Below are positions 10,023 through 22,286 of a stretch of DNA of 64,000 nt, piece after piece. The notes beneath the pieces were generated by a model. It worked only from the letters and a program-made list of their open reading frames with translations, was not told the origin of the DNA and did no database searches. The DNA comes from Candidatus Bathyarchaeota archaeon. Lineage in GTDB: Archaea; Thermoproteota; Bathyarchaeia; Bathyarchaeales; Bathycorpusculaceae. The translations under genes and the position numbers were made by a program. Positions within the stretch are counted from its first letter, which is position 1, and each line of letters begins with the position of its first letter. Location: NCBI GenBank assembly GCA_963767735.1, contig CAVYES010000008.1, positions 160,001 to 224,000 on the forward strand, in the 5' to 3' direction.

Positions 10023-11045
10023 TTAAGCATGCTTTAGTTTCCGCTTATAATAGGCAAGAGGATGATAAATTCGGCTGCACAAATCATCTTTGCTTCTGCA
10101 TACACCATGCGTCTGCAACACTGAGCATTGAGGACAAGTGTAATGAGTCGCTGAACCTCTTTCTCCAGCGATATGCTCGATTTGATAGCGCGTTAACCTT
10201 TCATTGTAGTCTGAAAAAGTCTTGAACAACTCATTAAGAGCTTCAGGTGACATTCCTATGTTGATAAGGAAAGAAGTTAGAGTGAACCTACCGATGTGCG
10301 AAAGATGATGACTTTTTGCGGCATCCTCATAAAGCATGTTTATACACGGCGGAAAAGCTCCTTGAACAACAGTTTTAGGCATTTCCTCAATTTCTTGTCC
10401 CATTATGTCTTGAGCTAATTTTGTTAGATTGTTAGCGATAATAGTAATGTCTTCAGGTAGGTTCTTGAGATCCGGAATATCGAGCCTTTTTTCTATTCTT
10501 CTTTTTACTTCCTCTTGAAGAAGGCGAGCTACCTTATCTTTATTTAAATAAACCATGCCCTTGTCTATAATTTGATTAATGAGCTTCCATTCATAACCAT
10601 GTAAATGGGCGGCGTTTCTTAAATAAAAGGTAAACCCTAAGCGAAAATCTTTGTAGGGTTTTCCCTCGTTAATCTCCCAATCAAAATCTTGAGCTATTGT
10701 CAGTATCTTTTCATTACTTTTCTCTTGAAGCATTTCTACATAGGCATTTTTTGCTTCAGCTAGGGCATATCTTTTCTTAATCCAAGAATTTTTTGTAGCG
10801 ATAACAAGGACAAGTGCACCTGGAAAAGAAGGAATCTCGATATTGTCTTTTTTTCTTTTGCCAGGTTCAAGCGTCAGTATTGCATTTTCTACCCTTTCTT
10901 TAGCTCTATCAAAAACTTGTGGGTTTTGCGAGCTTACTAGTTCTTCAATTGTTATCTGAGTTTCTTTAACTCGCTCAGCTGTTTTTTTTAAAAAAGGATA
11001 TTTTGAGCAATCGGTATCTTCAAACCGCACGTTTGCTCTTTGCAT
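10023..11045 (-). CDS. priL: DNA primase large subunit
   Basis: FPPCI, HIGRF, YQIEHIAG, YTCPQC...C, HPL Fe-S domain. Confidence 0.93.
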   Translation of the reverse strand: MQRANVRFEDTDCSKYPFLKKTAERVKETQITIEELVSSQNPQVFDRAKERVENAILTLEPGKRKKDNIEIPSFPGALVLVIATKNSWIKKRYALAEAKNAYVEMLQEKSNEKILTIAQDFDWEINEGKPYKDFRLGFTFYLRNAAHLHGYEWKLINQIIDKGMVYLNKDKVARLLQEEVKRRIEKRLDIPDLKNLPEDITIIANNLTKLAQDIMGQEIEEMPKTVVQGAFPPCINMLYEDAAKSHHLSHIGRFTLTSFLINIGMSPEALNELFKTFSDYNERLTRYQIEHIAGERGSATHYTCPQCSVLQTHGVCRSKDDLCSRIYHPLAYYKRKLKHA

Positions 11046-11057
11046 TTAATTATCTCG

Positions 11058-11813
11058 TTATTCCGTTTCGATTCTTGGTGCCAAAAAGAAGGTTAGTTTT
11101 CCCTCTTTTGTTTGTTGAAAGTCTATTTTCACAGGCATGTCGGTTGAGAATTCAAGTGTCGCAATGTCTGAGGTTGCGGACGCGGCTTTAATTATTTCAG
11201 ACAGGTAGCTTAAGCTAAATGTTGCTTTGGCGTTTTCTTTCACGTCCAAATCAAGCAACGCATCGCTGCCTTTCTGCAGAGTTATGGTTGCACCCATTAA
11301 GTCTCCAGAAGCGGTCAGGGTTAGTTTTTCTGGTTCAGCTTCAATTCGAACGTGGTCACTTACTAGTTGGGCGTCTTCGATTGCTTGGCTTAAACCTTGG
11401 GTTGTTGTTTTAGCTTTTACGTTGAAGGTTATTTTTGGAGTAGGCACTTCTTCTTCCGAGGCTTCAAGGGTGGGCATCGTGAAGTTTCGGCTATACTTTC
11501 CAGTTATCGTTATCTGCAATCGTCCAGTTTTGTCATCTAGGGATAGCTCAACTGCCTCGTCTCTTCCTGCACGTTTAAGTAATTTTAGCAGTTCACTTAT
11601 GTTAATGCATATTTTCGTTGGATCTGTTGCGACGTACTCTTGAAAAATAGATTTTGGCCATTCAAAATCAATCATAGCCACCCGGGAGGGATCCATGGCG
11701 CGGAGTTTTAAGCCTTCAGGGTCAATTTTGAATGTTGCTTCATCCACTAGGATTGAGATGGCTGTAGCCATGTCTCTTAAGAGTTTAGCGTCAGATACTT
11801 TGAGCTTGAACAT
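11058..11813 (-). CDS. pcn: PCNA sliding clamp
   Basis: RAMDPSRVAMIDF; C-terminal FFLAPRIE. Confidence 0.97.
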   Translation of the reverse strand: MFKLKVSDAKLLRDMATAISILVDEATFKIDPEGLKLRAMDPSRVAMIDFEWPKSIFQEYVATDPTKICINISELLKLLKRAGRDEAVELSLDDKTGRLQITITGKYSRNFTMPTLEASEEEVPTPKITFNVKAKTTTQGLSQAIEDAQLVSDHVRIEAEPEKLTLTASGDLMGATITLQKGSDALLDLDVKENAKATFSLSYLSEIIKAASATSDIATLEFSTDMPVKIDFQQTKEGKLTFFLAPRIETE

Positions 11814-12261
11814 GTTATTCTCATCCTCGCTAATGCATATTACTGTAAAGTTATATAGCTTATGATTACACTTTTAGCTAATAAATAAATTGTTTCAGCA
11901 AACCAAAAATACTCTCACAAAACAGATTATTGTAATTATTTGGTTCTTGCCTTTTCTTTTTCCATCCTTTTTTTAAATCCAAAAAGCACATTTTAACATA
12001 GAAAAAGCATTGTTTAATGTTGAAAGTGCGGGACGTTGGCTCTATATTGCAGTATGTTGAATCATATTTGGCGTCTAATAGGCCTCATCTAGTAGACCGG
12101 AGGGTAGACTGTAGCGCACACAAACGCTATAGGCAAAAAAAGACAGGGCTAAATAATATTGAGTTATTTGGAGATTGGATAGTTAAGAATAAATCACGTT
12201 AGATGAATAAGATATTGCTTAACAATACGGTTCCTATAGGAATTAAATAGAAAAAATGTTC

Positions 12262-12618
12262 TTAGCTGTATTCTCTGAACGTGTAATTGCATTTTGTGCA
12301 GCGGAGAAACTGGGTTGAAGATTCATCTGCGCCCCTCGTCTGGACCTGCCAAACATAAGCTGTGTTGTTCCCGCATCTTGTGCACTCAATGTGTACAGTT
12401 GGCAATGTATTTAATTTTTGCTCTTCTTTACCAATAACGGCTACAAACTGTTGGGGGGTATGCTGAATAACTTTAGATGCTAATTTTGGCTCGACTTTTT
12501 CGCCAGCCTCAGGCTTCTTATACCCACATTTTGGGCACGCAAGAACTAAAGAAGCGTCTTTACCAGCCTTTGATTTCTTTGGCTCAAGACGCGAACCACA
12601 TTTAGGGCAAAATTCCAT
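12262..12618 (-). CDS. tfs: Transcription factor S (TFS/RpoM family)
   Basis: MEFCPKCG, two Zn ribbons, QTRGADE acidic hairpin. Confidence 0.93.
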   Translation of the reverse strand: MEFCPKCGSRLEPKKSKAGKDASLVLACPKCGYKKPEAGEKVEPKLASKVIQHTPQQFVAVIGKEEQKLNTLPTVHIECTRCGNNTAYVWQVQTRGADESSTQFLRCTKCNYTFREYS

Positions 12619-12690
12619 AGTCGTTATCCCTACCCGTTTGCGAATCCCTTAGCACTGTAACATTTAAACCTTTTCCAAATCTGTGCCAAA

Positions 12691-13269
12691 TCAAGGAGTG
12701 ATGCCAGAGGCAATAAGATGTGCAACGCGCAAAGGCTCAGGAAAACTGCTTCTTGTAGAAGTCAATTCAACAATCTTTCGGGCATCAACCAATGAAATTC
12801 CAGATAGCTCCATGTAAATCTGCTTACCGTGGCAACAGACTTCATGGATCGTTCCTGCCTCAAGAATCATGTTCCAACGCTCTTCAGTTTTTGGCAAATT
12901 ATTAACCGCGTTGCGAATGGCTTCTAAATCAGGTTTATCACGCGTTAAGGCAATAACAGGAAGCTTTGTTGCCAAATTTAGCCTTTTGATATCCACCACG
13001 TTAAAACCAGCAAACGTTATCCCGTTTAACATTACTAAACGCAACTGTTTACAATGAGGCGAACTATTAATCATGGAAGCTATCTGTTCAGTGGCATCAA
13101 AGCCATCAAGTTCAACTCGAGTATGCATCACTCCCTCAAGCCAGCATCCTCCTCTAAACACAACGCCAACAACAATCACAGCTCCTTTAGTATGTGGAAC
13201 AAATTTTCCATCGTCCACACCAAGCACGCGGATTTCAGATTTTATGACTCGAAAGTCTTTAACTTCCAA
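12691..13269 (-). CDS. DUF99-family protein (endonuclease V-like fold)
   Basis: RVLGVDDG, DGFDAT, GITFAGFNVVD, PEPLRVAHLIA. Confidence 0.85.
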   Translation of the reverse strand: MEVKDFRVIKSEIRVLGVDDGKFVPHTKGAVIVVGVVFRGGCWLEGVMHTRVELDGFDATEQIASMINSSPHCKQLRLVMLNGITFAGFNVVDIKRLNLATKLPVIALTRDKPDLEAIRNAVNNLPKTEERWNMILEAGTIHEVCCHGKQIYMELSGISLVDARKIVELTSTRSSFPEPLRVAHLIASGITP

Positions 13270-13394
13270 ACCTTTCCCCTGAAGCTATAAGGATATTTTC
13301 AGCTTTTAAATAAAACTCAGCAAACAGCTTCTTGACTTTTATGAAGGGATATTAAAACCAAGAACTAAGGCTAAAAGTTAGAACAAAAAAAGAG

Positions 13395-13692
13395 TTAAGC
13401 TTTTAGAACGTAAGCTTTTAGAACGTGATCTAACTCTTTGCTGAAAGCGTCATTTGTTTCTCGAACTTTCTCAACAGCCTTAATCAACGCGTCTTCGGGT
13501 TTAGCGGTCCCCTTCATTATAATGTAAATAACGGGGTTCGATGCCAAAGGATGTGGAACATCGTAACCTGCAAAATCTACTGTTTTATCTTCTAAAAGCC
13601 TCTTTTGTAGCAAGTTGCATAGGCCGTGAGTGCCGCCTTCAATTTCAATTTTAAGCTCGTTACCCTGATTTTTTTAGCACATTAATTTTCAC
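13395..13692 (-). CDS. rpoL: RNA polymerase subunit L (Rpo11), frameshifted near 13664
   Basis: GTG start at 13692 gives MKINVLKKS; then GNELKIEIEGGTHGLCNLLQ...FAGYDVPHPL; one extra G in a GGG run. Confidence 0.9.
13396..13425. repeat. 15-bp tandem duplication TAAGCTTTTAGAACG at the rpoL 3' end
   Basis: Two adjacent exact copies, giving the C-terminus VLKAYVLKA. Confidence 0.85.
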
Positions 13693-13713
13693 TTGTCATT
13701 TCCTCTTTTTTTG

Positions 13714-14295
13714 CTAAATCGGTTCTTTTCCATAATCTGGCGCGATTTTACGATTTTCTGTATTGCCGCATTTTGGACAATGCAGTTCATACCGTTGAGG
13801 TTCCAGCAAAGTGCCGCATCGAGAACAGAAAGCATACACTATGCCTAAGTTCTTGTCGTTGGTTGATAGATGGAAGATGCGGTTTTTTCCACTGATTACT
13901 TTAGCTCTGACAATGTCACCAGGCTTGCATACATCATTCATTGAATCGATATACCTGTCTGAAACATCGGAAATGTGCAAGATGCCGCCAAATTCGCCTG
14001 AGAGCCTTTTGTTTTCTATTTTAAAGATTTTTACCAAAACATTATCAGATTGGGCATTACCAATTTGCCCCACAACCGTGCTTGAAACTTTCGGGACGAG
14101 TTCACCGTTGACTAGTGGGTAAACAGAAACACGTTTGTTTAGCAAGTCAAGCAATGCACGACCAACAATTTTGGAGTAGATAACGCCGTCTTTAACGTAT
14201 GTTCCGGAGTCTGGAATAAACTCTTCAATAACACCTAAGCGTTCTCCAGGCACCACTAAATGACCGCTTTTTTGTTCAGGTGATTTTAGACTCAT
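13714..14295 (-). CDS. csl4: Exosome RNA-binding subunit Csl4
   Basis: VVPGERLG, S1 domain GILHISDV...GDIVRAKV, Zn ribbon CSRCG..CPKCG, ENRKIA. Confidence 0.94.
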   Translation of the reverse strand: MSLKSPEQKSGHLVVPGERLGVIEEFIPDSGTYVKDGVIYSKIVGRALLDLLNKRVSVYPLVNGELVPKVSSTVVGQIGNAQSDNVLVKIFKIENKRLSGEFGGILHISDVSDRYIDSMNDVCKPGDIVRAKVISGKNRIFHLSTNDKNLGIVYAFCSRCGTLLEPQRYELHCPKCGNTENRKIAPDYGKEPI

Positions 14296-14428
14296 GATAG
14301 TTTCCCTTTTATGTTAAATAAGCTAAACATTAGCTGATTGATAAATGCATATGCTTAGTTTCCAGTCGCATCAATAAACCTTTTGATTAATAAACAAAAT
14401 TAATTCCAGCCCCAAAGGGCCTAAAAAT

Positions 14429-15133
14429 TTATTCAACGCTTACCTTTTTGATAACATATAAGTCAACGACAAATTCATGCTTAATTTTTGTGTGAAAATC
14501 AAACATTCTGGGAATAGTCATGAGCATAGCATAAACTGCTTTAACAACGCCATTATGTTGCGCCACTAACCTTTCTAAAAAGGGAGAAGGCGAAACCTGC
14601 AAAAACCCATTGCTTGCTTTAAGCTGCTTGATTAATTGCTTATCGGTTTCTGGATGGTTATGAAGAGAGTAAACGCAATTCCCAACTTCCAACGCCTTTA
14701 CTAAAAACGCTCTGTCAGCCTCCCGTGTTTGCACTCCAAAAGGCGGATTCTGCAAAACAGTATCAAACCTGCCCGTGATAGCGTTGATGTCGCCAATAAT
14801 CCACTGAACGTTACCAGCTAAACCAACTTTCAAAGAGTTTTCAACGGCAGTTTTAATGGCTAACCTATCAACGTCAACTCCCACAACGTTGTCGGCGCCA
14901 AGGTAAGAGGCGCCTAAAGCGAGCCTGCCTGTTCCGCAGCCTAAATCCAGCACTGTTTTGCCAATAATGTCGTTGTTCGCATAGGTAGCGATGTACAGCA
15001 TGGTTGATGCAATCGATGGGGAAATAGTGTACTGTTCAAGTTGCGCCTGAGGAGAAGGCTGAAGAGCAATTTTTGAGAGAAACAGCTCTAAATCTAATTT
15101 TCGAATAATCCTTTTTTGAGCATGTTCTCCCAT
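14429..15133 (-). CDS. METTL5-like N6-adenine RNA methyltransferase
   Basis: [23 protein letters not shown]. Confidence 0.88.
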   Translation of the reverse strand: MGEHAQKRIIRKLDLELFLSKIALQPSPQAQLEQYTISPSIASTMLYIATYANNDIIGKTVLDLGCGTGRLALGASYLGADNVVGVDVDRLAIKTAVENSLKVGLAGNVQWIIGDINAITGRFDTVLQNPPFGVQTREADRAFLVKALEVGNCVYSLHNHPETDKQLIKQLKASNGFLQVSPSPFLERLVAQHNGVVKAVYAMLMTIPRMFDFHTKIKHEFVVDLYVIKKVSVE

Positions 15134-16096
15134 GAAGATTCGCCAGAAGCCACCATGAACTCGTTAATAGTTAACACAGGCTTTGAAAACTTTTCCGAAG
15201 CATCAAGAGAAATGCGGGGGCATGCCGTGTTGACATATGCATCGATAGATGGAAACTCCAGGAGTGTTTCAGGAGTAATTTCCCTAGACAGCTAACAGAT
15301 AAGCTGCTTTCCCATGTTTCTCGGCTAACGCCTTGACGCTTAAGGCTTGGTCAAACCGTTTTTGTCCCGGTTTCAAACCGACAAGAACTCCGAAAGCTTT
15401 AGCGTCTTGCGCTTCTTCAATGCATGCCCAACGTTTCTTGAGTATTTTTTGGGCTTCATCATTAATTGCGAAAGCCCTGTTATCGTAGGGGTCAGCTATG
15501 AAGGTTGGTTTAGAAGTGCTTAAAGCAATGCCTAAAGCATGGAACATTCCGCCGCCAACAAAAAGGAAAGCGTCTACCTCCTCGGCGATTGATTTTACGT
15601 TGCTGTAATTGCAGCCGCTGACTTGCCCAGCATAACTCATTTGTCCACTGTCGCCGATTATTACTGTTTTTCCAGCCCTGATTAAAATTTCTCTTGCCTG
15701 ATTTAGCGCTTGCAAATGCTGCACTGAAGTGGCTAAACCAATCTTACTGTACTTGCTCAAGAGCGGTAAAGATTTTTTGACAGCTTCCTCAACCGTTACT
15801 GTTGCTCTTGCTTCAACATAGATTGTTGGAATCTGCTCATGCTTTACAAGTTTTGAGTGCCCAAAATGCACTATCAAATCTACGCCTAAACTTTCTGCTT
15901 CATTAACCGCTATGTCGCAGGCACCGTAGCATGGGTCAGCGGAAATTATTGGAAGCGCACCGCTCTTTTCAACAATTTTGGCTAAGCGTGGACCTTCAGG
16001 TTTTAATCCTTCTGGCAGTTGCAGTAGAACACGTTTGGCGCCAAGTTTGGTTATCTCTTGCTTTATTCTTTCTTCTTCAAAATCAAACCCTTTCAT
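15094..16096 (-). CDS. dph2: Diphthamide synthesis protein Dph2, frameshifted near 15285
   Basis: [25 protein letters not shown]; continues in another frame as [28 protein letters not shown] to a stop at 15094. Confidence 0.92.
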
Positions 16097-16178
16097 ACTT
16101 TACCTCGACCACTAATGGAAAAAAATAAATTAAAGAAAAGAAAAAAGAGGCTAAACTGTTGCATAATGATTCTTAGTG

Positions 16179-18615
16179 CTATTGTGGCCATTCCCAGTCT
16201 TGAGTTGGTTTTTTAAGTGGTTGCCCACGAGCTAAAGCAGCTTGTTCAGCTAGGCGTTCAAGAATTATTTTTTGTTCTATGCTGGCAACATTTTTTCTTG
16301 TAGTTACTACAGCGTCGTTGTTTACGGATATGCTGTCGATTCCAACGCGAACGAGGAATTCAGCGAAGTCTGGAAGGTTTGATGGTCCTTCACCGCAGAT
16401 TGAGACGGTGCATCCGTTTTCATGTGCGGCTTTGATGAGGTGTGCAATGATTCTTTTTACTGCTGGATCTCTTTCGTCGAAGTAGCCCATTTGACCTAAG
16501 CGTTCAGAGTCGCGGTCAATCATTAGTACGCCTTGGGTCATGTCGTTTGAGCCTATTGAGAAGCCGTCGACAAGCTTAGAGAATTCGTCAGCCATTATTC
16601 CTATAGATGGGGTTTCAGCCATAAACCAAACTTTGAAGTCGCGAGAGCGCTCTAAGCCTTCTTCCTTCATAATTTCAAGAGCTTTTTTGGCTTCCCAAAG
16701 AGTGCGAACCATTGGAAGCATGACATAGACGTTTTTGAGGCCCCATTCTGTGCGGCATTTTTTGATGGCTTGGCATTCAAGTCGGAAGGCTTGGATATAC
16801 CATTTGCTTATGTAGCGGCTGCAGCCTCTCCAACCCAACATTGGGTTTTCTTCAATGATTTCGTATTTTTCTCCGCCTTTCAAGCCTCGGTATTCGTTAG
16901 TTTTGAAGTCGCTTAAACGTACTACAACTGGTTCGGGCTGAATTGCTCGAGCAACGGTTGCTATGCCGTCGGCAAGTTTGTCAACGAATTTTTGGCTTTC
17001 ACCTGTTTCGACAAACACCATTGGGTGCTGTCCTATGGCGCTGGCTAAGATGAATTCGATTCGCATTAAGCCGATGCCTTCAAACGGCAGATTTTTGTAA
17101 TGTTCAATCATCTCTGGAGTACCCAAATTCATATAGATTTTTGTGCCTGTTACTGGAGCGTCAATCTGCTGCTTGCATAACCATAGCTGGTCCGTTTGAT
17201 GTACTGCTGGTTGAACGGCTTGGGCCATTATGCCTTCGTAAATTACGCCGTTTCTTGAATCAACAGTGTATTCTTTGCCTGTTTTCATTACTTGAGTAGC
17301 TGTTTCTGTTCCTACGACACAGGGAATGTTAAGTTCTCGGCTTACAATTGCTGCGTGAGATGTGATTCCGCCTTTGTCGGTGACTATGGCACTTGCCATT
17401 TTCATGAATGGCACAAAGTCAGGGTCAGTCATACCTGTTACGAGAATATCTCCTTTTTTCATGTCTCTGTGTGCATCGTCAGGGTTTAGGACAACTGTGG
17501 CTTTTCCTATGCCGTAACCTCTTCTTCCAGCCGAAATGCCTCTCACTACTACTTTTAATGTTTCTTCAGCTTTATTTTCTTCAGTTCTTAATGGTGTTTC
17601 CATGTTTTTTGTGCTCCAAACTGTTTCTGGCCGAGCTTGAACTATGAACATGTTTTCTGGGAAAGATAGGTCTTGGTCAATTGCCCATTCAATATCCATG
17701 GGTTTGCCATAATGCTTTTCAATTCGTTTGGCAAGTTCTGCAAGCGTAAAAATTTCTTGATCACTTATGCAGGTTACTTTCTGCTTATCCGTCTGGCACG
17801 TCCAAGTGCACTGTTTTGCCTGTTTTTGGGTCGCGAAGATACATTATTGTTTTACGCGAAATTCTTCTTTCCTTAATCTTAACTGTGTTCTTGTCAACGA
17901 CAAAATCATCAGGGTTAACAGCGCCTGAAACGACAGTTTCTCCTAAGCCGTAGTTGCCTTCGATCACAATTTCATCCGAGTTACCTGTCACAGGGTTAAT
18001 GGTAAACATGACTCCAGCACATCCGGAGTTCACCATTTTTTGGACCCCGACGCTTATGAAGACTTTGTCATGTGCAAAGCCTTTTTCGGTTCGATAAAAG
18101 ATTGCACGTGGCGTAAATAGGCTTGACCAGCATTTTCTTACTTTATCAATGAGGTCATCCGCGCCTTTAACGTTTAAGAAAGTTTCTTGTTGACCTGCAA
18201 AGGACGCGTCAGGTAAATCTTCGGCTGTTGCGCTTGACCGTACAGCAACAAAAATGTCCTTTAACTCAAGCCGTTGGTTTAGTTCTTTGTAAGCTGTTCT
18301 TATGGCGGTTTCAATTTCTTTAGGCATCGGAGTTTTTTCGATAAGTTCACGTATTTTCTTAGACGCTGTATCATACTGTTTAGGGTCATTTGGGTTTGTG
18401 ACTGTTTCCTTAATTATTTTATAGATTTGCTCAGCTATTCGTTTTTCTTGAAGATATTTTTCATAAGAATAAGCAGTTACCGCAAAACCTGGTGGAACAG
18501 GTAATCCGGCATTAATCATTTCGCCTAGGCTGGCGTTTTTGCCGCCAACAACAGGAATATCTTCTTTTCTTACATCATCAAACCATAAAACCAGTTCTTT
18601 CTCTTTAACTCTCAA
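16179..18615 (-). CDS. ppsA: Phosphoenolpyruvate synthase, split by frameshifts around 17700-17790
   Basis: [57 protein letters not shown]. Confidence 0.94.
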
Positions 18616-19180
18616 GTGTCTCCGTCTCCGGTTCGGACTTCTCAGCTACATCTAGAGAAGGTGGAATCTTGGAGATAACTATTTTGCAGGGTATTGGAAG
18701 TTTTGCGCTTCCTCTTTTGAGCGATTCTTTGGCTGTTTCAGCAGCTCCTGCTTTAACTTTGACCGTTATGATGGTTTGTCCTACCTCTACTTTTGCTGCA
18801 GTGCCGATCGCTGTTCCGAAGGAACGTCTCATTCCCTGTTGAAGTCGGTCAGCGTGAGCGCCGAAAATCATTTTGTTTTCTCTTAGGATAATGTGAGGGT
18901 ATGGATGAACAACCATAAGATAATCATTTATGAGTTTATCAATTAAGACACGGTTTGTAGCTACACGTACTGCTTCTAAGGCACTGTGACGTATTTGAGC
19001 CCGTTCTAAAGCTATAATTTTGCCTTCGACCTCAAAGGTACCTTTAGTATCACCCATAGTGAACTTTACTATTTTTGGTGGTGGAAAACCTCTAGCATAT
19101 TCTTTTCTTGTGTAGGCTCGATTTTTCACGTGCCTGTAATTTCTTGCGTGCATACAAACGTCCCTTTTTAGCATACTCAT
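18605..19180 (-). CDS. rpl10e: 50S ribosomal protein L10e (uL16)
   Basis: AYTRKEY, QIRHSALEA, LRENKM..GA.ADRLQQGMRRSFG. Confidence 0.96.
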   Translation of the reverse strand: MSMLKRDVCMHARNYRHVKNRAYTRKEYARGFPPPKIVKFTMGDTKGTFEVEGKIIALERAQIRHSALEAVRVATNRVLIDKLINDYLMVVHPYPHIILRENKMIFGAHADRLQQGMRRSFGTAIGTAAKVEVGQTIITVKVKAGAAETAKESLKRGSAKLPIPCKIVISKIPPSLDVAEKSEPETETLES

Positions 19181-19320
19181 TTAGCGGTATTTAAACGATT
19201 TGTAACTTCACGGTGAAGCTTCGCGTGAATTTTTCAATTTCTAATTGTCTACTTTAAACATTTGTTCAGTTAAACGGCGGCGTTATTTCTTATATACTTA
19301 GTTTAACTTTTCTTTTCCAG

Positions 19321-20622
19321 ATGCCAACAGAGTTGTTTATTTCAGGGAAAAACTGGAAGCTTTCATTAGCGGAGCTAACTTCTTACTTGAAAGCATAGAG
19401 AAATCAAATTTGAAGTGCAATTTTTTTCGAAAGAATTCTTTGCGGTTAACATTGAAGAAGAGCTTTGGCGCTTCTGTTATTGAGGATTTAGGCGGAACAA
19501 TAAAAATTGGCGAAGTAAAAGCAAAGTTTCCAACCCAAATTGTTAAGGAAGCATTTCTTGAAAGAAACAAGCAAGCCCAGTCACAAATAACTGAATCGTT
19601 AGCATCAAGCGGTTTAGTTGATGATATGGATAAGTCGGCTGAGAAAGTGCTTTTTGGAGTAAGCGTTTATTGTGCTGAGAAAACACTGCGTCCATTATCA
19701 GGGGTTATTCAGCGGTTTGTCGGAAGCGCTGTAAAGGATGAGTTGGCAGGTTATGGCAAGAAATCAAAGTTTATGGGTTTTTCTAAAGATAGAAGGCTCG
19801 CTCAGCTAAGCCATGTTGAAGTTTTAAAGAAGAATTTAGTTGAAAACAAAGCGGAAGTGTTGTTATGTATCGGCAAAGGAAGAAACATGGGTTGCCACAA
19901 CAGTTGCTGTGCATAACCCGTTTGAATTTCAAAAAAGAGACATTTACAAGCCTAATCAACGCAAAATTTTTGCTATACCTCCAAGGTTAGCTAGGATAAT
20001 GGTTAATTTATCCGCTTGTACGCCTGGAAAGGTTTTGCTTGACCCATTCTGCGGTGTTGGCACAATTCTTCAAGAAGCACTCCTTGAGAAAGCAAAGGTT
20101 GTTGGCGTAGATGTTAATCCTTGGTGTGTTAAAGCAGCAAATGAAAATCTTGAATGGATCAAAAGAGAGTATAGCCTTGAAGATGCGGAGTTTAGGGTTG
20201 TGCAAGGAGACGTGGGCAGGTTGGCAGAGAAAGTTGGGCAAGAAACAGTTGATTGCATCGTGACTGAGCCTGATTTGGGTCCAGCATTACGACAAGTGCC
20301 AACGGGACCATATGCATTAAAGATTATCCAGAAGCTTGAGCCCTTGTATTTCACTTTTGTTGAAGAAGCATATAGAGTGCTGCAAAAGGGTGGACGATTG
20401 GTTCTTGTGACACCTTACATCATAACGCGTTCAGGGCAATCAGTAACTATGCCTATTGGTGAGAAACTTGAGAATTTAGGCTTTAAGAGAATTCAGCCTT
20501 TCTCAGAAGACATGTTTTCAGAAGATGCAAAAGGTCTTGAAGAATTAATCAATGCTTCCTCTTTGGTTGAAGTTGATGAGCGACACAAAATTTGCAGAGA
20601 AATTCACATTTACCAAAAATAA
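19321..20622 (+). CDS. Trm11/TrmG10-like tRNA methyltransferase with two frameshifts
   Basis: MPTELFISGKNWKLSLAEL from 19321; THUMP-like middle; PPRLARIMVN, LDPFCGVG, IVTEPDLG in ORF 19840-20622. Confidence 0.8.
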
Positions 20623-20691
20623 GCCGTTTGTTTTCAGATATGATTTATTAATTTGTTATTAACGAACTAAACGGGTTGAGGCATGAGACTG

Positions 20692-21178
20692 TTGGATAAA
20701 TAATTCAAGGCCTGATTGGGATAGATACTTCTTAGATTTATGTGAAGCAGTGGCTAGGCGCGCTACCTGTGACCGTGGAAGAAGCGGCTGTGTAATTGTT
20801 AAAGACAAACGAATTATGACCACTGGGTATGTTGGTGCTCCTGCTGGTTTGCCACACTGCGACGAAGTTGGGCATGACATCCGCAAAGTATTTGACAACA
20901 ACGGCAACGTAACCCAACATTGCGTGCGCACTCTTCATGCAGAACAAAACGCCATTATTCAAGCAGCTAGGTTTGGAATACCACTTGAAGGAGCAACACT
21001 TTTCTGCAAAATGACTCCGTGCCGAACTTGCGCCATGATGATAATTAACGCTGGCATAAAACGAGTAGTTTGCGAAAAGCGCTATCATGCTGACGCTGAC
21101 ACTATAGAGATGTTCAAGCAAGCATGTATTGAATTAGCCATAATGAATGATGAAGTCGAAAAATACGACAAGCAATGA
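20692..21178 (+). CDS. dCMP deaminase / cytidine deaminase family
   Basis: RPDWDRYF in frame upstream of the called start; HAEQNA and PCRTC Zn motifs; start position uncertain. Confidence 0.9.
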
Positions 21179-21260
21179 ACCGCTGCAATTTGGTTTAAGT
21201 TTTATTTAGAAGAAAATAAATGAGAGTCAGCTCCCTTCCTCTGGCGCCTAATTTTAGTTT

Positions 21261-21590
21261 TTATTTTATTTTCGGAACAACTACCCATTTAACGTTATCA
21301 AACCCATACTTTGTAATTAATGGATCGAGGAAGTCCGGGGCTAAGTCATCATCTATCTCTGAAAAAACCACGGTGTCGCCTATCCTGTAAACGTCACATA
21401 TTTCTGAAAGGTCTTTTAGGGCAGCGTATTTGCCTTTGATTTCCCAGTAGCCAGGCTCATCTTGCCCAACTTCCATAATCCAAGAGTACTGATCCTCAGG
21501 ATGCTTGCCTTGTGTAAAGTTGAAACTGCAAACAACATCTCCAACAATCTTTGGATCATCGTTTGTTTTAACATAAACCCAAAGAGTCAT
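21261..21590 (-). CDS. Hypothetical protein
   Basis: Clean 109-aa acidic ORF with an upstream TATA-like element; no motif recognised. Confidence 0.65.
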   Translation of the reverse strand: MTLWVYVKTNDDPKIVGDVVCSFNFTQGKHPEDQYSWIMEVGQDEPGYWEIKGKYAALKDLSEICDVYRIGDTVVFSEIDDDLAPDFLDPLITKYGFDNVKWVVVPKIK

Positions 21591-21670
21591 TTTTCAATCA
21601 CTGACAATAACCAATGCATTATACCTTTATTTGCTTTTCAGCGCAATCAGATAGCACTTGCTTAGTCAGG

Positions 21671-22286
21671 CTATGTTTTAGCTTCTATAAGCGTTAAAGT
21701 TTCAAAGAAAGGCAGCTTACGTTCGGCTTTGATGCTTGCTTTAAGATTGTTCTCGGCAAATTTGCTAATCGTTTCTTCAACATTTGCAAGTGTAGACTGC
21801 ATTAAGAGGATTCGACCGTCGAGTTTCAAGTGCTGTGGTGCTGTGGCGATGAAGCGGTCGATAACTTGCCGTCCATTAATGCCTCCTGCCCATGAGCGGC
21901 CAATCCAAGATTCCGTTTCACACTCAGCGGCGGGAAGATACGGTGCATTAAAGAGGATTAAATCAAATATTGCGCTTTCGTTAAAAGCGGTCAATAGGTC
22001 AGTTTGGATGAAAGCCATTTTACAACTGCAGATTATTAAGCGCCGCATTCTCCCTTGCGCAGCAAACAGCATACGGATTTAAGTCAACCGCAACCACGTT
22101 GTCTGCTTTTTCCGCTGCCAATATGCCAAGCAACCCGCAGCCAGTTCCAATATCCAATACCTGTGCGCCTTTTTCTACGGCGAGGTTTTCGGCGAAAAGA
22201 AATGAATCCTCTGCAGGCTCGTAAACATTCTCCCAAACATTAAAAACGTATTTGCCAAAATGTACTCTTTTAACTGGAGATGGCAT
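21671..22286 (-). CDS. HemK/PrmC-like (HemK2) methyltransferase, frameshifted near 22025
   Basis: VYEPAEDSFL, LDIGTGCG, DLNPYA in one ORF; FNAPYLP, WAGG.NGR in the other. Confidence 0.88.

Noticed and set aside
11814-12261. 61-aa ORF or ncRNA in the AT-rich gap between pcn and tfs
   Set aside because: No recognisable motif or stable structure; cannot be supported.
13396-13425. Functional meaning for the 15-bp duplication at the rpoL end
   Set aside because: It only adds five residues; most likely slippage or a consensus artefact.
16179-18615. Two-gene PEP synthase
   Set aside because: The intervening sequence still encodes PpsA residues in shifted frames; attributed to indel errors.
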